From the NCBI GenBank assembly GCA_002245135.1, contig NGBS01000003.1, forward strand, positions 310,001 through 374,000: a DNA stretch of 64,000 nt. The letters are read 5' to 3'. The stretch is from Proteromonas lacertae. Lineage: Eukaryota. Under the pieces are notes generated by a model. The model had not been told where the DNA came from, searched no databases, and saw only the letters and a program-made list of their open reading frames with translations. The position numbers were made by a program, and so were the translations under genes. This document shows positions 38,196-51,308 of this stretch, in pieces (position 1 is the first letter of the stretch; every line of letters starts with the position of its first letter).

Positions 38196-40004
38196 TTATA
38201 CTACTTCTATTGAAATTGATTGTTTCAAAAGAAATGTTCTGTATTTGATAATTAATGAAAATGTCGTGATTTTCATTTCTTCTTTAGTATATATCACTAT
38301 TTCACCTGTTTTACTATTGAGTGCCATACCATGAGGTAATGAAGGAGATATTTCAAACATTATTTTACTATCTGTTTCAACAATGTTTTGTGGTTGAATA
38401 ACTAGAGGAGTTTGTTCTTTTACTGTAAATGTACTATCAGAATATGTATATGTCTTTAGAATATATTCTATCAATATTATATACATATATATATACTAAA
38501 TAATGGCTTTAATATATCATTAGCATGAATAATATCAATTATAATATCATAATCTTTAGAAGGTATATTTAACTTGAATAGATAATTAAGAAACATGTTT
38601 TTCTTTGTTATAGAAAAACATTTGACATAATTACATAGTGAATAAATAAATGAATTATCTTTACATATACTCTGAATATATTTTAAATCACTTACTAATA
38701 AATAAATAAATAATATATACTATCATCAATTAAACAAACACAACTTTTACATGAACTTTCTTTTAAATTATTCAGTGGAGTTTTATACTCTCTAACAAGC
38801 TGCTCAATTAACGGTTTTTTATTTTCAGGTTTAACTGTAAATACATTTAATCAATATATATATATACCTTCATATGGTATTTTTAAATCTGTAATAATGA
38901 GTAATGCAATAATTATCACTTTCAAATTATCCATTAAAAATAATTCTTTTAGATCTTTCAACAAATTTTTCTTTCTTAATTCATTTAAATCACTTTTACT
39001 CAGTGATATATAGTCATTTTCATTCATAAAATACTTCAATGCTATTCTCATCATCAAATCACTCAATTTCTTCGATAAACCAATATAATATTTCATATTT
39101 GGTTTCTTTAACATCATAGAGATAAATGGACTCTTTTCAGTAGCTTCTGGTTTGGATTTATATTTACTATATAATTCATTTTCTTCTTCACTAAACTGAT
39201 CAATGTTAATTTTGTCAAATTGAATGAATTTAAAAAGATCAAAGAATTTATCTTCAAATACATTCTTTTCTCCATCACAATTTATCTTTTCAATGTTCTT
39301 GTTATAATATTCAACAAAGATTTTATATAAATACATTTCATTTGGGATAATAATATGACATTTGCTCAGTAAATAAACCACACAATCAACTGATAATTGT
39401 TGTAATAATTCCATATTTAAAAAATATTCAAATCCATTTTTGTATAGGTATTCTTCTACTATTACTATTAATTCCTTTAATAAAGATAATGAAGAATGTA
39501 TTGACGGGTATATTTGAATAAATCTAAACACTAAATCTTCGTTAATATGTGATATAAAGAAAAGTAAAGCTTCATGATATAAATCAACTTGATTGTAGAT
39601 TATACTCATATATATTACATTAATTACATTATCAAGTGTTAAAGCTGAATGATTTCCACTTAACCACTTTTCCAACACATAAAATGAATTAACTTTTATA
39701 AATGTATCTATTACTAAAGGTTCCTTAAATTCCTTATCCGTTATTATTTTTTGTAAAATAGGATTTAAACATAAAATTGATTTTAAACTCTGAATTGTCT
39801 CACTTTCAACTGTAACTATTATATCACTCATTCCTAATGAAGTCAATGTTCTTACAACTCTATATTATAATACAAAATTGTATACCCATTTTCACTGTAT
39901 TTGTTTTTAACCAGAAGACGTTTATTGCCATACTGCAAATCACTTTTCCATTTTTTTGATAGATGCAGACTTGTATAATGCATAAATTCATATAAACTCC
40001 ACAT
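38196..40004 (-). CDS. Hypothetical protein with BTB/BACK-like region and C-terminal He_PIG-like domain
   Basis: BACK-like LQQLSVDCVVYLLS...NEMYLYKIFVEY; C-terminal ISPSLPHGMALNSKTGEI; short introns. Confidence 0.55.
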
Positions 40005-40180
40005 ATTTCTTCTTAATAAGGAATAAAAAAGAAAAAACTCTTCACTTGCTTGACAAAAGCTTGAAACATTTTAATTTTCATTGTTATTTATCTCTTCTCC
40101 CAATCATCAAAAACAACATTTAAAACCATATTATAATTGTCAATTACAAAATCATGATGATCACAATATTTTTATTAAAG

Positions 40181-42135
40181 TTATTGAGGAGGAGGTTGTT
40201 GTTGCATATTTGGTTGGTTAGGGTTATATTGTGGAAGATATGCTGAATATCTACCATCATTTATCGAAAATATATCAGGTGATTGTGGATAATACGAGTA
40301 TGGATATTGATAATATGCAGTATAAGGGATGTAAAGTCTATTTGGTTGTTGCATATTCATTGTTGAACCAATCATTGTATTTTGATACATATACTTTTGA
40401 GTTGGAGCTGCATAGACATAGGAAGGTGGATTTGTAGATGTTTGAATAAACTGAGTTGTGTTATTACCATTATTTATTGAAGGAGTTAATGTTGCTGCTG
40501 TTGTAGTTGGGATTGAATAATCATATTCTTCTACTCCTCCTCCTCCTCCCATAATTCCTAAGCTTGTTGTTGTAGCTGTTGTAGTTGGTGTTGTTGTTGT
40601 TGTTGATGATGATGATGATGATGATACTCCTCTCATTCTTTTTGTCATTTGAATATTATTATATTGTGCTAATTGTGCTGGTGTAACTGCAGATGAAGCA
40701 AGACTACTACTATTACTACTGATATTATTGATATTGTTGTTGTTTGTAAGATAAATATTCTGCTGTCTTGCACCAGGAACTTTAACAATTTGATTTGATC
40801 CTCTACTGTATTGATTAGCATTAATTGTTTCATCAACATATAATTGATCAACATATTTTCTTTTTGTTGTCTTTCTTAAACTATTCACTGTTATATTTGG
40901 GTTACTGGTTGCTAATGAAGAAGATGAAGCGATAGAATTGGCTAATGAAATTGGATTTAGTTGATAAGGACCATCATTCTTACAAAATTCTATTTGAGTT
41001 ACATTCTTGGTTAAGTTATAAACTGGTAAACAAACAGTATTTATTTCATCATCATTTGACAAACTGTTTGCTGAGTTTGAATTACTCAATAAACCATTTG
41101 ATTGATCAAAATAGAGATTTGTTGCATTTGCTGCTGATGAAGATATTGAGTTACTGTTATAATTATTATTGCTTCTTCTTTTCTTAGTTATATTATTATT
41201 ATTATTAGAAGAAATATTATTACTGTTATTAATAATATCATTCAAAAGAGTGGAGGAATTATATAGAAATTCAAATTTCATATCAATTGGCATATCTCTC
41301 AGTTTCTTTAATTCAAGTAATGGTAAAATTCCATTTATTATATAATCTTTATTTTTGTTATAGAATTCAATATAGATTGAGATTAGTAACAATACTGTTC
41401 TTTTCTTTAGAAATTTATATAATTCATTTTCCTCTTTATTTTCTACTTTCTTAATACTGTCATTAAACTTCTTCTGAAATTTACTATTCATGAATAATGA
41501 AGATTTCATTATTTCATCAAATCTGTATAAACCAAATTTTACTATTCCTTTTAACAAGTTTAAATCATCATCTTCACTCCAATCATCATCTTCTAATACA
41601 TTATAATTTACTTCATTAAACTATATTATAATATAAATTAAAACATACATTCAGTTCAAGCTTTTTCATTGAGTTTTCATTATATTCATCTGTACTTTTA
41701 AATCCTATTTCCTCTAGTTTCCATTTTAGTGCATATATAACACTCAAACGTACTAAAAGAATTAATATTAACTCTTGATTGTCATTATCTCGAAGTTCTA
41801 ATCCATTACTTGTTATTTTTATTGGTCTCTATTTATTTCTATATATATCTATAATTATACTAATAACGATGAGCATAAGTCCTTCAACTCATTCTCTACT
41901 TTTTTGGTTTGAATGTGAAGTTCACTTCCTATACTACCAAACATTTCGATACAACCGTCCTATGAATTACAATGACAATATATACTCCATATAAACCACG
42001 TTCTAACATCCATTCTAAATAAAGCCGTTTATGACTTCCTACACACTTACATTTTATTGTTGTTTTATCTAAATCAGGAACCTTTCTCTCCAACCAAAAC
42101 GCAATATCTTCACATAGAGTCATCTCATTTACCAT
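40181..42135 (-). CDS. Protein with CHD-type SANT/SLIDE-like region and low-complexity N/S/T/Q/Y tail
   Basis: Spliced WSEDDDLNLLKGIVKFG...FLKKRTVLLL and LLVRLSVIYALKWKLEE resemble CHD remodeller C-terminal domains. Three short introns. Confidence 0.6.
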
Positions 42136-42301
42136 TCAATAAAAAATGAAAAAAAAGAATTAAATCAAGTCAATTAAAAATATAGTCGTTTCAAATTGAA
42201 TTTTTCTTAAATAATGGCAATACAGGTTAAGAATGAGTGATAAAAATATCACCATATGACAACTGGAATATTTTAGCTTAAATGATAATATTTTTAAAAG
42301 A

Positions 42302-43729
42302 GTGGTTAATTATGCACATACAGCTGTTGAAGAATCAGGATTAAGTGAATTTATTATTAATTATATTATATTAGTTGGTTGTGGTTCAAGAATCAAGGGA
42401 ATAAGAGAATTATTGAAAGAAGTGTTTAAAAAATCAGAACTGAGATATGGACTTAATCCAGAAATAGTGTGTGCATATGGAGCAACAATTCTTGCTTATA
42501 ATTATGATTATGAAATAATAGATACACTTGATGTAACTGAAAATGATAGTTTAGATATAATGAATAGAGGTAAAATTGGAATAGACATAGGATTAGAAAA
42601 TGTTGTAAGTGGAATTTATAGTAATAATCACACTCAAATAACAACAGACAGTGGTGCAAATAAAACTATTCCTGCTTATGTTTATTATAATCCACATTCT
42701 CCTGACATTATTGTAGGATATGCAGCAAAACATAATCTGGAATTTGTAGGTCATTCTGTGTATGACATATTAAGGTTAGTAGGAGTGAGATATAATGATG
42801 AAGAATTACAAGAATATATGAATGATTGGACATTTACAGTGGTAAATGATAATGGTGAAGCAAAAGTAGAGTTAGAATATAATAACAGCATTATTCATGT
42901 AAGTGGAGTAGATTTGTTATGTGAGATATTTAAGTATAATAAACATTGTGCTGATGAGCAATGTGGTAACAATCCAGACAGTAGAACTGAATGTGTGATA
43001 AGTGTTCCATTATATATGAATGATGATCAAAGATTATTAATAAAAGAAGCAGCTGAAAGAGCAAATTTAAAAGTAATAAATGTAATTTCATCTTCAATAT
43101 GTGCAAATATTGCTTATATTCATGAAAATCAATCAAGAAAAGATAAAGAAACAAATCTCGTGTTTGATTTAGAAGAAAGAGAATTAAATGTTGATATAGT
43201 TAATACTGATAATATTAACAAACTATCTGAATTAATCTATTCAAAATATGATAATGAAATAGGTGTGAAAAACATCATTGATAATTTGTATAATCATTAT
43301 GTTGAAAAATATAAAGGCAAAACAGGAGAATCACTCAATGATAAAAGAAAAATAGAACTTAGAAAAGAATGTGAAAAAGCTGTAGAATTGCTAAAATATG
43401 AACATTATAGTGAAGCTTATATTGATGTTGAGTTTTTAGAAGATGCTGATATAGATACAGAATTAACATTATCCACATTTAATAGCTTAAATGATAATAT
43501 TTTTAAAAGAGTGGTTGATTATGCACATACAGCTGTTGAAGAATCAGGATTAAGTGAATCTATTATTAATTATATTATATTAGTTGGTTGTGGTTCAGGA
43601 ATCAATGGAATAAGAGAATTATTACAAATTAAATTTAAAAACTCAAAAATTATTAAATATTTTAATCCAGAAGAAATTTGTGCATATGGAGCAACAATTC
43701 TTGCTTATAATTATGATTGTAAAATATAG
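42302..43729 (+). CDS. Degenerate Hsp70 NBD-only protein; full unit from ATG 42560, preceded by a partial duplicate of its C-terminus
   Basis: GIDIGLE, TIPAYVYY, VISVPLYMNDDQR..IKEAAERANLKV, LRKECEKA, LVGCGS, NPEEICAYGA. No substrate-binding domain. Confidence 0.75.
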   Translation: MVNYAHTAVEESGLSEFIINYIILVGCGSRIKGIRELLKEVFKKSELRYGLNPEIVCAYGATILAYNYDYEIIDTLDVTENDSLDIMNRGKIGIDIGLENVVSGIYSNNHTQITTDSGANKTIPAYVYYNPHSPDIIVGYAAKHNLEFVGHSVYDILRLVGVRYNDEELQEYMNDWTFTVVNDNGEAKVELEYNNSIIHVSGVDLLCEIFKYNKHCADEQCGNNPDSRTECVISVPLYMNDDQRLLIKEAAERANLKVINVISSSICANIAYIHENQSRKDKETNLVFDLEERELNVDIVNTDNINKLSELIYSKYDNEIGVKNIIDNLYNHYVEKYKGKTGESLNDKRKIELRKECEKAVELLKYEHYSEAYIDVEFLEDADIDTELTLSTFNSLNDNIFKRVVDYAHTAVEESGLSESIINYIILVGCGSGINGIRELLQIKFKNSKIIKYFNPEEICAYGATILAYNYDCKI

Positions 43730-43862
43730 ATACACTTGATAGAATTGCATAATGAAGATATAATGAAAAAGAGAATTGATTATATTTTACCAAACATTCT
43801 ATAAATAGAATAAACATAAATCATAAATATTATATTCATATTTCATTTTGTTTTTAATCATT

Positions 43863-46613
43863 CTATTCACATTCATCATCACTTAAACTAACAGTTAATA
43901 AATCACTTTCACAATAAGATCCACTTTCATCATCCCAAGCATCTTTTTTTATTTCACTATTATTATCATTTAAATTAAAATCATTATTATTATTATTCAT
44001 ATTCTTTCCATCATTATAATAATAAAACTCATTATTCTCATTTATTAATTCTTCTAAATCATCACCTAATTCATCTACATTATTATTATTATTATTATTA
44101 CTTAAATAATTTGAATTATTATTATTAACAATACCATTTGTATTTGTGGAGATTTGCAGGATATGTTTATTATAATATTTCTTTGGCTTGGGAAATCTCA
44201 TTATACATTCATGTAAACTATTTAAACTACCTTCCACTAAACATTTCTTTTCTTGAAAATGAATTAATAAATTATTCCATAATACATTTCGAGCTAATGA
44301 ACTGGCATTGCCTAAGATTATTAAACCATATTTTGCACGAGTTAAAGCAACATTTAATCTTCGAGGATCACTTATAAATCCTAATTCACTTCGATAATTT
44401 GATCTAACACAAGTTAAGATTATATAATCTTTTTCACGACCTTGAAAACCATCTACATTTGCAACTTCTACATCTTGATATAATATCTTCGGCAAACTTC
44501 CATTCATTTGCATATAATTCACAATATAAGATCTTTGACCTTCATATGGAGTTATTATACCTATTTCATTCGGAGATACAAACGAATTTAACAAAAATGT
44601 TACAATCTTTTCACATTGTTGAGCTTCCATTCGATTTAAATAAGATGTTCCACTTACTGATAATTCTTCTCGACCATTACATACATAAAATAACATTGGA
44701 ATTGAACTATCTACCCAAGGGAAATGGACTTCTGGTCGACTTCTTTGTAATTCTGTTATTCCATTTTGTAATGTTCCTTCATAAAATGTTATTGATGGGA
44801 ATAAGGATAAAGCAGGATGCATTCGATATTGAATAGTTAATCGAATTGGACGATAATTCAATGAGATTAATCTCTCGAATAATGATTGATTTAAACCAGC
44901 TTCTCCTGCTACTCGATCTAATACAACTGGTCCTAGTTGTTGATGATCACCAACTAATATTAATTGTTTACAACCCATCACAATTGGAATTAAACATTCA
45001 GGTTCAGTGGCTTGACTTGCTTCATCAATTAATACATGACGGAATTTATATTCTCGAAATCTTTTATCAGCTGCACAGCTACAAGTACAACAGATTACTT
45101 CGGCTCGACTGAGAATTAATTTTTCAGCATTTAATCTTAACTCATTATATTTGGTTTCATCACTAGCACTTAATTCACCTTGATCTTCTAATAATCGCTG
45201 TAATTTATATAATTCACTGTCTTTACCTCCCACAAATTTTACTAAATAATGTAAACATAAATGTTCGATTGAACTACTGATATTTTCTTTACTTTTCGCT
45301 GTTACACGAATTACTCTCAAACCACAAGCATGAATCTTTTCAGTTAATTGATCTACTGCAATGTTACTAGGAGCACAAACTAATACTTGATTTCCAAACT
45401 CACGAACTAAATGATAAACAATTGTGGCTGATGTTACTGTTTTACCTGTTCCAGGAGGTCCTTGAATTAAACTCAATGGATGAATTAATACACTTTTGAT
45501 TGCTTCAATTTGAGAGTAATTAAGTGGAGGCAATCCACTAATTGATAATTCGGATGGTAAATTCACTTTCACTACATTTGTAGCACAAGGAATACCTAAT
45601 AAACTATTCCATAAATATTCACTCATCGCTTCTTTTACTGTACTAAATCGACGAACTGCATTTTTCATTCGTTTATAAGGAATATCACTCCATAAATAGT
45701 CAATTCTATACCCACTTGTTATATTCATTGGAACGTTTTTACTCTTCATTTGTAAGGTGATTTGATTATCATCAATCTTCATAACTTGACCTTCTCCTTT
45801 CCATTTTTCACTTAAACTAATAGTTGTGGAGATTTCTAATTCATCTCCTATCATCAGTCTATTACTAATATCAGCGTGAGGTAAACGGAATATTGCTTGT
45901 TTACGTTGATTCAAACCAATATCCCAAGTTATATCAACCACTTCTTTACATAATTCTTGACACATTTCTTTGTCATATTCAGCAATTTTATCAATTAATG
46001 GTAAAAATATGTTTTGATAATCATAACCATCTTCATATGTCTTTTTTACCTTTTCTAATGTTGCTGTGGTTGGTAAACTTGATAAATCATCATACGTTGC
46101 ATTTGGATTACTTTTCCATAATTCTTCTAATTTCAATATTTGCTTTGCTGTTAAATGTCTTACTCTAGTGTCTCCTTCTTCCTTTGTATGTACCATTCTA
46201 TCAACTATGCATTTATCAGATACTAATGGTTCCCATTCGTGAGGATCCCATCCCATATCTTTGATGGAATTTTGATTTAAACAAACATCTCGACAAATTA
46301 AGACGTAACATGCGTTTGCTTCATCTGGAATAAATCCTAGTACAAAGACATTTTTACTACCACAGTTATAACATTCTAATATTGTATCTCCAAATTCACT
46401 GTCAGGGTGTAGTCTTACTTCTCTATGTCTCGATCTAATAAAATGTTGGATAATATGTGATCCACATTTACTATCATTCACATTACAAAACCATTTTTTA
46501 CATTCATTACATTGAGCCACAGCATTTACATCACTGATCTGACAATATGCACAGGCATACTCTGGGATTGGTTGCTCTTGGGTGTCCTCTTCAATATCAC
46601 TTATATCGCTCAT
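43863..46613 (-). CDS. UPF1: Regulator of nonsense transcripts 1 (SF1 RNA helicase)
   Basis: CH domain ACAYC..CNECKKWFCN..HIIQH..LECYNCG; LIQGPPGTGKT; IDEASQATEPE; LVGDHQQLGP; QYRMHP; FQGREKD. Confidence 0.98.
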   Translation of the reverse strand: MSDISDIEEDTQEQPIPEYACAYCQISDVNAVAQCNECKKWFCNVNDSKCGSHIIQHFIRSRHREVRLHPDSEFGDTILECYNCGSKNVFVLGFIPDEANACYVLICRDVCLNQNSIKDMGWDPHEWEPLVSDKCIVDRMVHTKEEGDTRVRHLTAKQILKLEELWKSNPNATYDDLSSLPTTATLEKVKKTYEDGYDYQNIFLPLIDKIAEYDKEMCQELCKEVVDITWDIGLNQRKQAIFRLPHADISNRLMIGDELEISTTISLSEKWKGEGQVMKIDDNQITLQMKSKNVPMNITSGYRIDYLWSDIPYKRMKNAVRRFSTVKEAMSEYLWNSLLGIPCATNVVKVNLPSELSISGLPPLNYSQIEAIKSVLIHPLSLIQGPPGTGKTVTSATIVYHLVREFGNQVLVCAPSNIAVDQLTEKIHACGLRVIRVTAKSKENISSSIEHLCLHYLVKFVGGKDSELYKLQRLLEDQGELSASDETKYNELRLNAEKLILSRAEVICCTCSCAADKRFREYKFRHVLIDEASQATEPECLIPIVMGCKQLILVGDHQQLGPVVLDRVAGEAGLNQSLFERLISLNYRPIRLTIQYRMHPALSLFPSITFYEGTLQNGITELQRSRPEVHFPWVDSSIPMLFYVCNGREELSVSGTSYLNRMEAQQCEKIVTFLLNSFVSPNEIGIITPYEGQRSYIVNYMQMNGSLPKILYQDVEVANVDGFQGREKDYIILTCVRSNYRSELGFISDPRRLNVALTRAKYGLIILGNASSLARNVLWNNLLIHFQEKKCLVEGSLNSLHECIMRFPKPKKYYNKHILQISTNTNGIVNNNNSNYLSNNNNNNNVDELGDDLEELINENNEFYYYNDGKNMNNNNNDFNLNDNNSEIKKDAWDDESGSYCESDLLTVSLSDDECE

Positions 46614-46688
46614 TATTTTGATAATTCAATTATAATCAAATCAAGCTTTTGGTTTGTTAAGTTTATTTTTTTTCATTTTATTCAACAT

Positions 46689-47155
46689 ATGAATTCTTCA
46701 CAGTCTTATAATGATGAAAATTTATTAAAATCACTAGAGAGCTATCAATCTCCCGTATATATGGTTTGTTTCTATGAAGATTAGATTCCTGATGAGGTTG
46801 TGAAGTACTATTTAAGAAGAGGTGGGTTTGACTGTGATGATGATAAAATGTATTATAATTATCAACAATTAATGTAATTATTACTTAGAGCAAGAATGGT
46901 TTCTCTTGCTACTCAGAAATTGATTATACAAATCATCCGAAATGCACAGTCAGAAAGAGAGTTAAGAAGAACTCAAAACTCAAAAGTATAACAACAGGTT
47001 TGTTAAATATTTTCACATTAGGATGCAGATTCGACAGTATTTACTCTTGAAGATGCAACTAGAGGGTATAATAATGTGATTATGTTCATAATAGGTTGAG
47101 AGGTGCTGGATTCCCAATATCGAAGCCAAACACATGTGGATTAGGGGATATGTAG
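46689..47155 (+). CDS. TAF10: TFIID subunit TAF10, five exons
   Basis: Splicing four short GT-AG introns gives ...LESYQSPIPDEVVKYYLRRGGFDCDDDKIARMVSLATQKLI...VFTLEDATRGLRGAG. Confidence 0.88.
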
Positions 47156-47388
47156 AATAATAAATAATTATGTTATTTATATTTATTGAAAACAGTTTTG
47201 CTTCTTTGTTATGACCTTTATAATCATAATAAGAAAAATGCATTAATTGCTAGGCAATTGCATGTAGATGTAGTCTTTGGAAGTATTGCATTACTATGCT
47301 GATTCATTTGCTTTATTTCATTAGTTTTAGTATAGCTTGGCTTGTATTCATTCGTTTCAAAATTGTTTTTGTTTTTTTTGAATAATTA

Positions 47389-50300
47389 ATGAAAGAGAGA
47401 TATAAATACACTTTGTCATGTTTTATAATGTACATAATAACCGTGACAAGTTTCACATACAATAAATATTCTGATAATACTTGCAATTCTGGAGATGTTA
47501 TAATACATGCAATTGGCAGTACAAATGCATTTACAGATGTTATTGGTATTTTATTAATTATTATTTTGATAGATTCTCAGACATGGTTTGGCTTGTTGTT
47601 GTGGAAAGAATCAGTTAAAGATGGGTTATGCCTTAGTGGCACTGTTGACAGTAATGGAGTTTGTTCAGTGCCACGAAATAAAATATGTCTACAATTATAT
47701 GAACTTGTTGATTCAGTATTTTCTTTTATTCGCTTAATATACTATAAATAGAGTTCAACAATGGAAGATTACAAAAAGGCTATTAGAGATTATATCACCT
47801 ATGCATCTAGTCTATCTTCAAATCAACCACATTTTATAATTACTCCTGGATCTAAAGAACTAACTGAAGAAAGTATGGAATATGTCAATATTATAATAAT
47901 AATAGCCTATTATAGAGCTGCTTATTATGACGACCAACGTAATACTCAAGGTTTTATGACTTATATATTTGGTAATTCAAATAACATCAACACTGTTGAG
48001 TATAACTTTGATTTTGTAATATCACCTTTAATGAAATACACTAATTTATTTACATCTGCATTACCACTATTAAATCAAAGATTTAGAGTAAAATCGGTAG
48101 TGATATTGGAAGATTTAAGTAATAGTGAAAAGACCAAAGTAGCAATATCAGGTTTTGAAGCTAATCTTAATCAAAATAATTTAAATATATTAACAAAAAG
48201 ATGTAATTCATCTGTATAGATTATTATTAATATATATACTTAATTAGAGAAGTGATCCATATGGTAAAAATTGTTTACACGAAGAATGTGGTAATAAAGA
48301 ACAATGTGTATTACCTGTGTTAGATTTAGAAAGTAAAAGTATGAGAGAGAAATCAGATTATCTTCGACAATGGATTGAAGTAATTAAAGGGTTAAACCCT
48401 GATGTATTTATTGCAGCAACTGATTATAATATTAATGATATAATGTACAGTATGCAGATATTATATTACACTCCTCCAATTGCCATGACTATTGATAAAG
48501 AATATGCTGTTATTAGTATATACTATTTATTTTTATTTTTATTTATATATATATATAGATGCTGAGAAGACTGGTGCTTATAATGCTAATTGGTTTTATG
48601 TTAGTCAATTTGAGAAAACATTTAAATTTGGAACTAAAGGTAAATATATGGGTGATTCTGAAGATGTTTACAACTTAGTTTCATCAAAATATAAAGAGTA
48701 TTTTGTTTATTTCAGTAATCTTATTATTTAATAGTTATCCAGACTTATTTCAAACCTCTGATTTTAGTGATCAATCTGTATATCCATATAATGGAGCAGC
48801 TATTGGTGTTACAATACAAAGAATATTAGAAAAAGCAGCAATATGTATATATTTCAGTATTATATAATTTAATAATAGCTTCAACACCAGTTGATTATAC
48901 TGATTCATCCAATAGAGATGATAATTTCAAAATATATCAAACAGTTATTAAGAATTTTCAAGAATGTTCTTCATCATCATCATGTTCTACATGGGAGACG
49001 TTTTATGGTGGAATAGATTTCGATAATAATGGAATTAATAAAGTGAAAGATGGTGTAATACTTCAAATTAAACTAGATGAAGTAAGTGGTAATAAAACCT
49101 TTGATATTATTGCTCCAGATACAATGAAAGCTTGTAATGAAGGTAGTTCTGTTTGTAGTTCAAATAATAACTTCAAAGATTGTACTTGTATTGCTAAATA
49201 TCCAGCAGAATGGGTATGGGTTTCAAGAGTATTATTATTATATTATTATTATTATTTAATTATAGGAAAAAGAAAATTATGTAAAATTCTCATCAGCAGG
49301 TGGTGTTATTCTTACATTATTGAATGTTATTTTGATACTTTTACTATGTTATGCAGTATTCCGAATACTTCGTTCAATCTCAACATGGGAAGAAAAATAT
49401 TTACCTTACAGTACAATTGAATATTTATTCTCAAGTTTTTATTTAATTTTATTATCATTTGTATCTATTGGTAAAAGAAGTAGTGCAAATTGTTTTGCTG
49501 TTAGATTCTTCCAGATATTATCATCCATATCATTAGTATTCACTGCTTTTAGTTGTTTTTCTGAAGAAGATAATAGAATTCATACAGGAACGGGAAAACA
49601 TGAAGTTTTTAAAATAGAGAAAATTGTTAATGTACTTTATTATATTCTAATATCAATATTTATAACTACAGTTCCGTTGGTTAATATTGATATATTAGAG
49701 AGTGGTACTGAATTCATTGATAATATAATTCCAGTGTTTTATACAAAATGTATTTCACTTTATACACTTAATGATTTTTATCCTTTCATTATTTTAAGTA
49801 TAGTCGTTCATATATTAGCTTCATTGTATAATCAAAATGAACCGTCATATTATTATAGAGGGTTTAATATGTATTATATATTCGTAAACTGTATATATGT
49901 AATGTTTTGTGCATTATATACTGTTGAAGATGATATATTATATATTGCATTAGAAGGTTCAATTTGTGGATTTTTGCTTCTCTTTCCATACATTATATTG
50001 GCTCATTTAATAAAGCCAAGACCTCAAGAAAGATTATATTTCTATAAATTTAAAGCATTAAAAGTAATAAAAGATAAAATAAGAAGTAATATAAATCGTG
50101 TATTTTTAAAAGTATTTTTAGGAGAAGAAAAAGGAATAAAGTTATTGGAAATGTATGGTGACTTTCATGAAATATTAAAACAGAAAGAAAAGAAAAGTGG
50201 TAAATTAAGAGAAGAATTGAAAAATGCATTTAAAATCAAATATTTCAATGGAGATGATGAACCAGATGATAATTATGGATTGAGTGTAGAATTATATAAA

Positions 50301-51308
50301 AAACTAAAAGATAGAGTTACAGATAATACATTTGATAAGAAAACATATGCAATAATAAAAACATCATTAATCAATATATTAGCTTCATCTCATGTTTGGG
50401 AAAAATTTTGTACATCTGAGAAATATTTGAACTATAATAATTTTTACAGTTTCTTACATGGTGAAAGAAAACATGGATTAAGAACTTTAAGTGCAATTCA
50501 TGAACAATTAAGAGTAGATCTTGTCGTAGATAAAAATGAAAATCCTCAATTATTTCGAGAACATTGCAAATTCTATAATGATGCATTACAATCTCGAATA
50601 AGTAGTGTATATTCCAGTAGTCGAAGAAGATCGACAAGAACAGCGAGTAGAATAAATCCAAATGTAAATACAAATTCTGAGATTGGTTTATCAATGAGAA
50701 GTGGTACAACCACAGTAGTTGGAAATAATACTCAAACAGCTAATAATATAAGTGCTGTAGTAAATAATAAGAATAGAAATTCTGAATTTGAATCTGAATC
50801 ATTTGCTTCTTCCTATAATGGTGCTGTATCAGCAAATACAGGTCGAAAGATAGTTGGAGGAGTTCCAAAGAAAACTTCAGCTGTCAATATAAAGAATATA
50901 AATAATCGACCATCAACAACCAATTCAGAATTTTTTAATCCAGATACTCCAAAAGCGACAGTAGTTGGTTCATTATCTCAAGCAGGTGGTGATAGTTCGT
51001 CTAGTTTAGTAAAGAAAGAATCAATATCTGATTCTCATACTGACAGTAGTAATACTGATGAATCAAAAGATGAAAAGAAGAAAACTTTAACTCCTAAATC
51101 TGATACAAAATCTCCAAAAGGGACATTATCTCCTTTTAAACTAAATTCATCTCAACCAAAAGAAAAAGAAACAAAAGAGGATAAAACAAAAGAAAACGAA
51201 GTAAAAGAAAGTGAAACAAAAGAAAATCTAGATTCAAAACCACCAGAAAAACCAAATCCACCAAAACCTCCAATATCACCCACCTCTGCTCCAAAAGAAA
51301 GTAAATAA
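47389..51308 (+). CDS. Class C GPCR-like receptor (periplasmic-binding/Venus-flytrap ectodomain + 7TM) with cytoplasmic RGS-like domain
   Basis: Ectodomain IKGLNPDVFIAA and ETFYGGIDFDNNGIN. Seven hydrophobic segments at about 49300-50010. RGS-like FLGEEKGIKLLEMYGDF...KIKYF...TFD...VWEKFCTSEKY. Confidence 0.7.
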
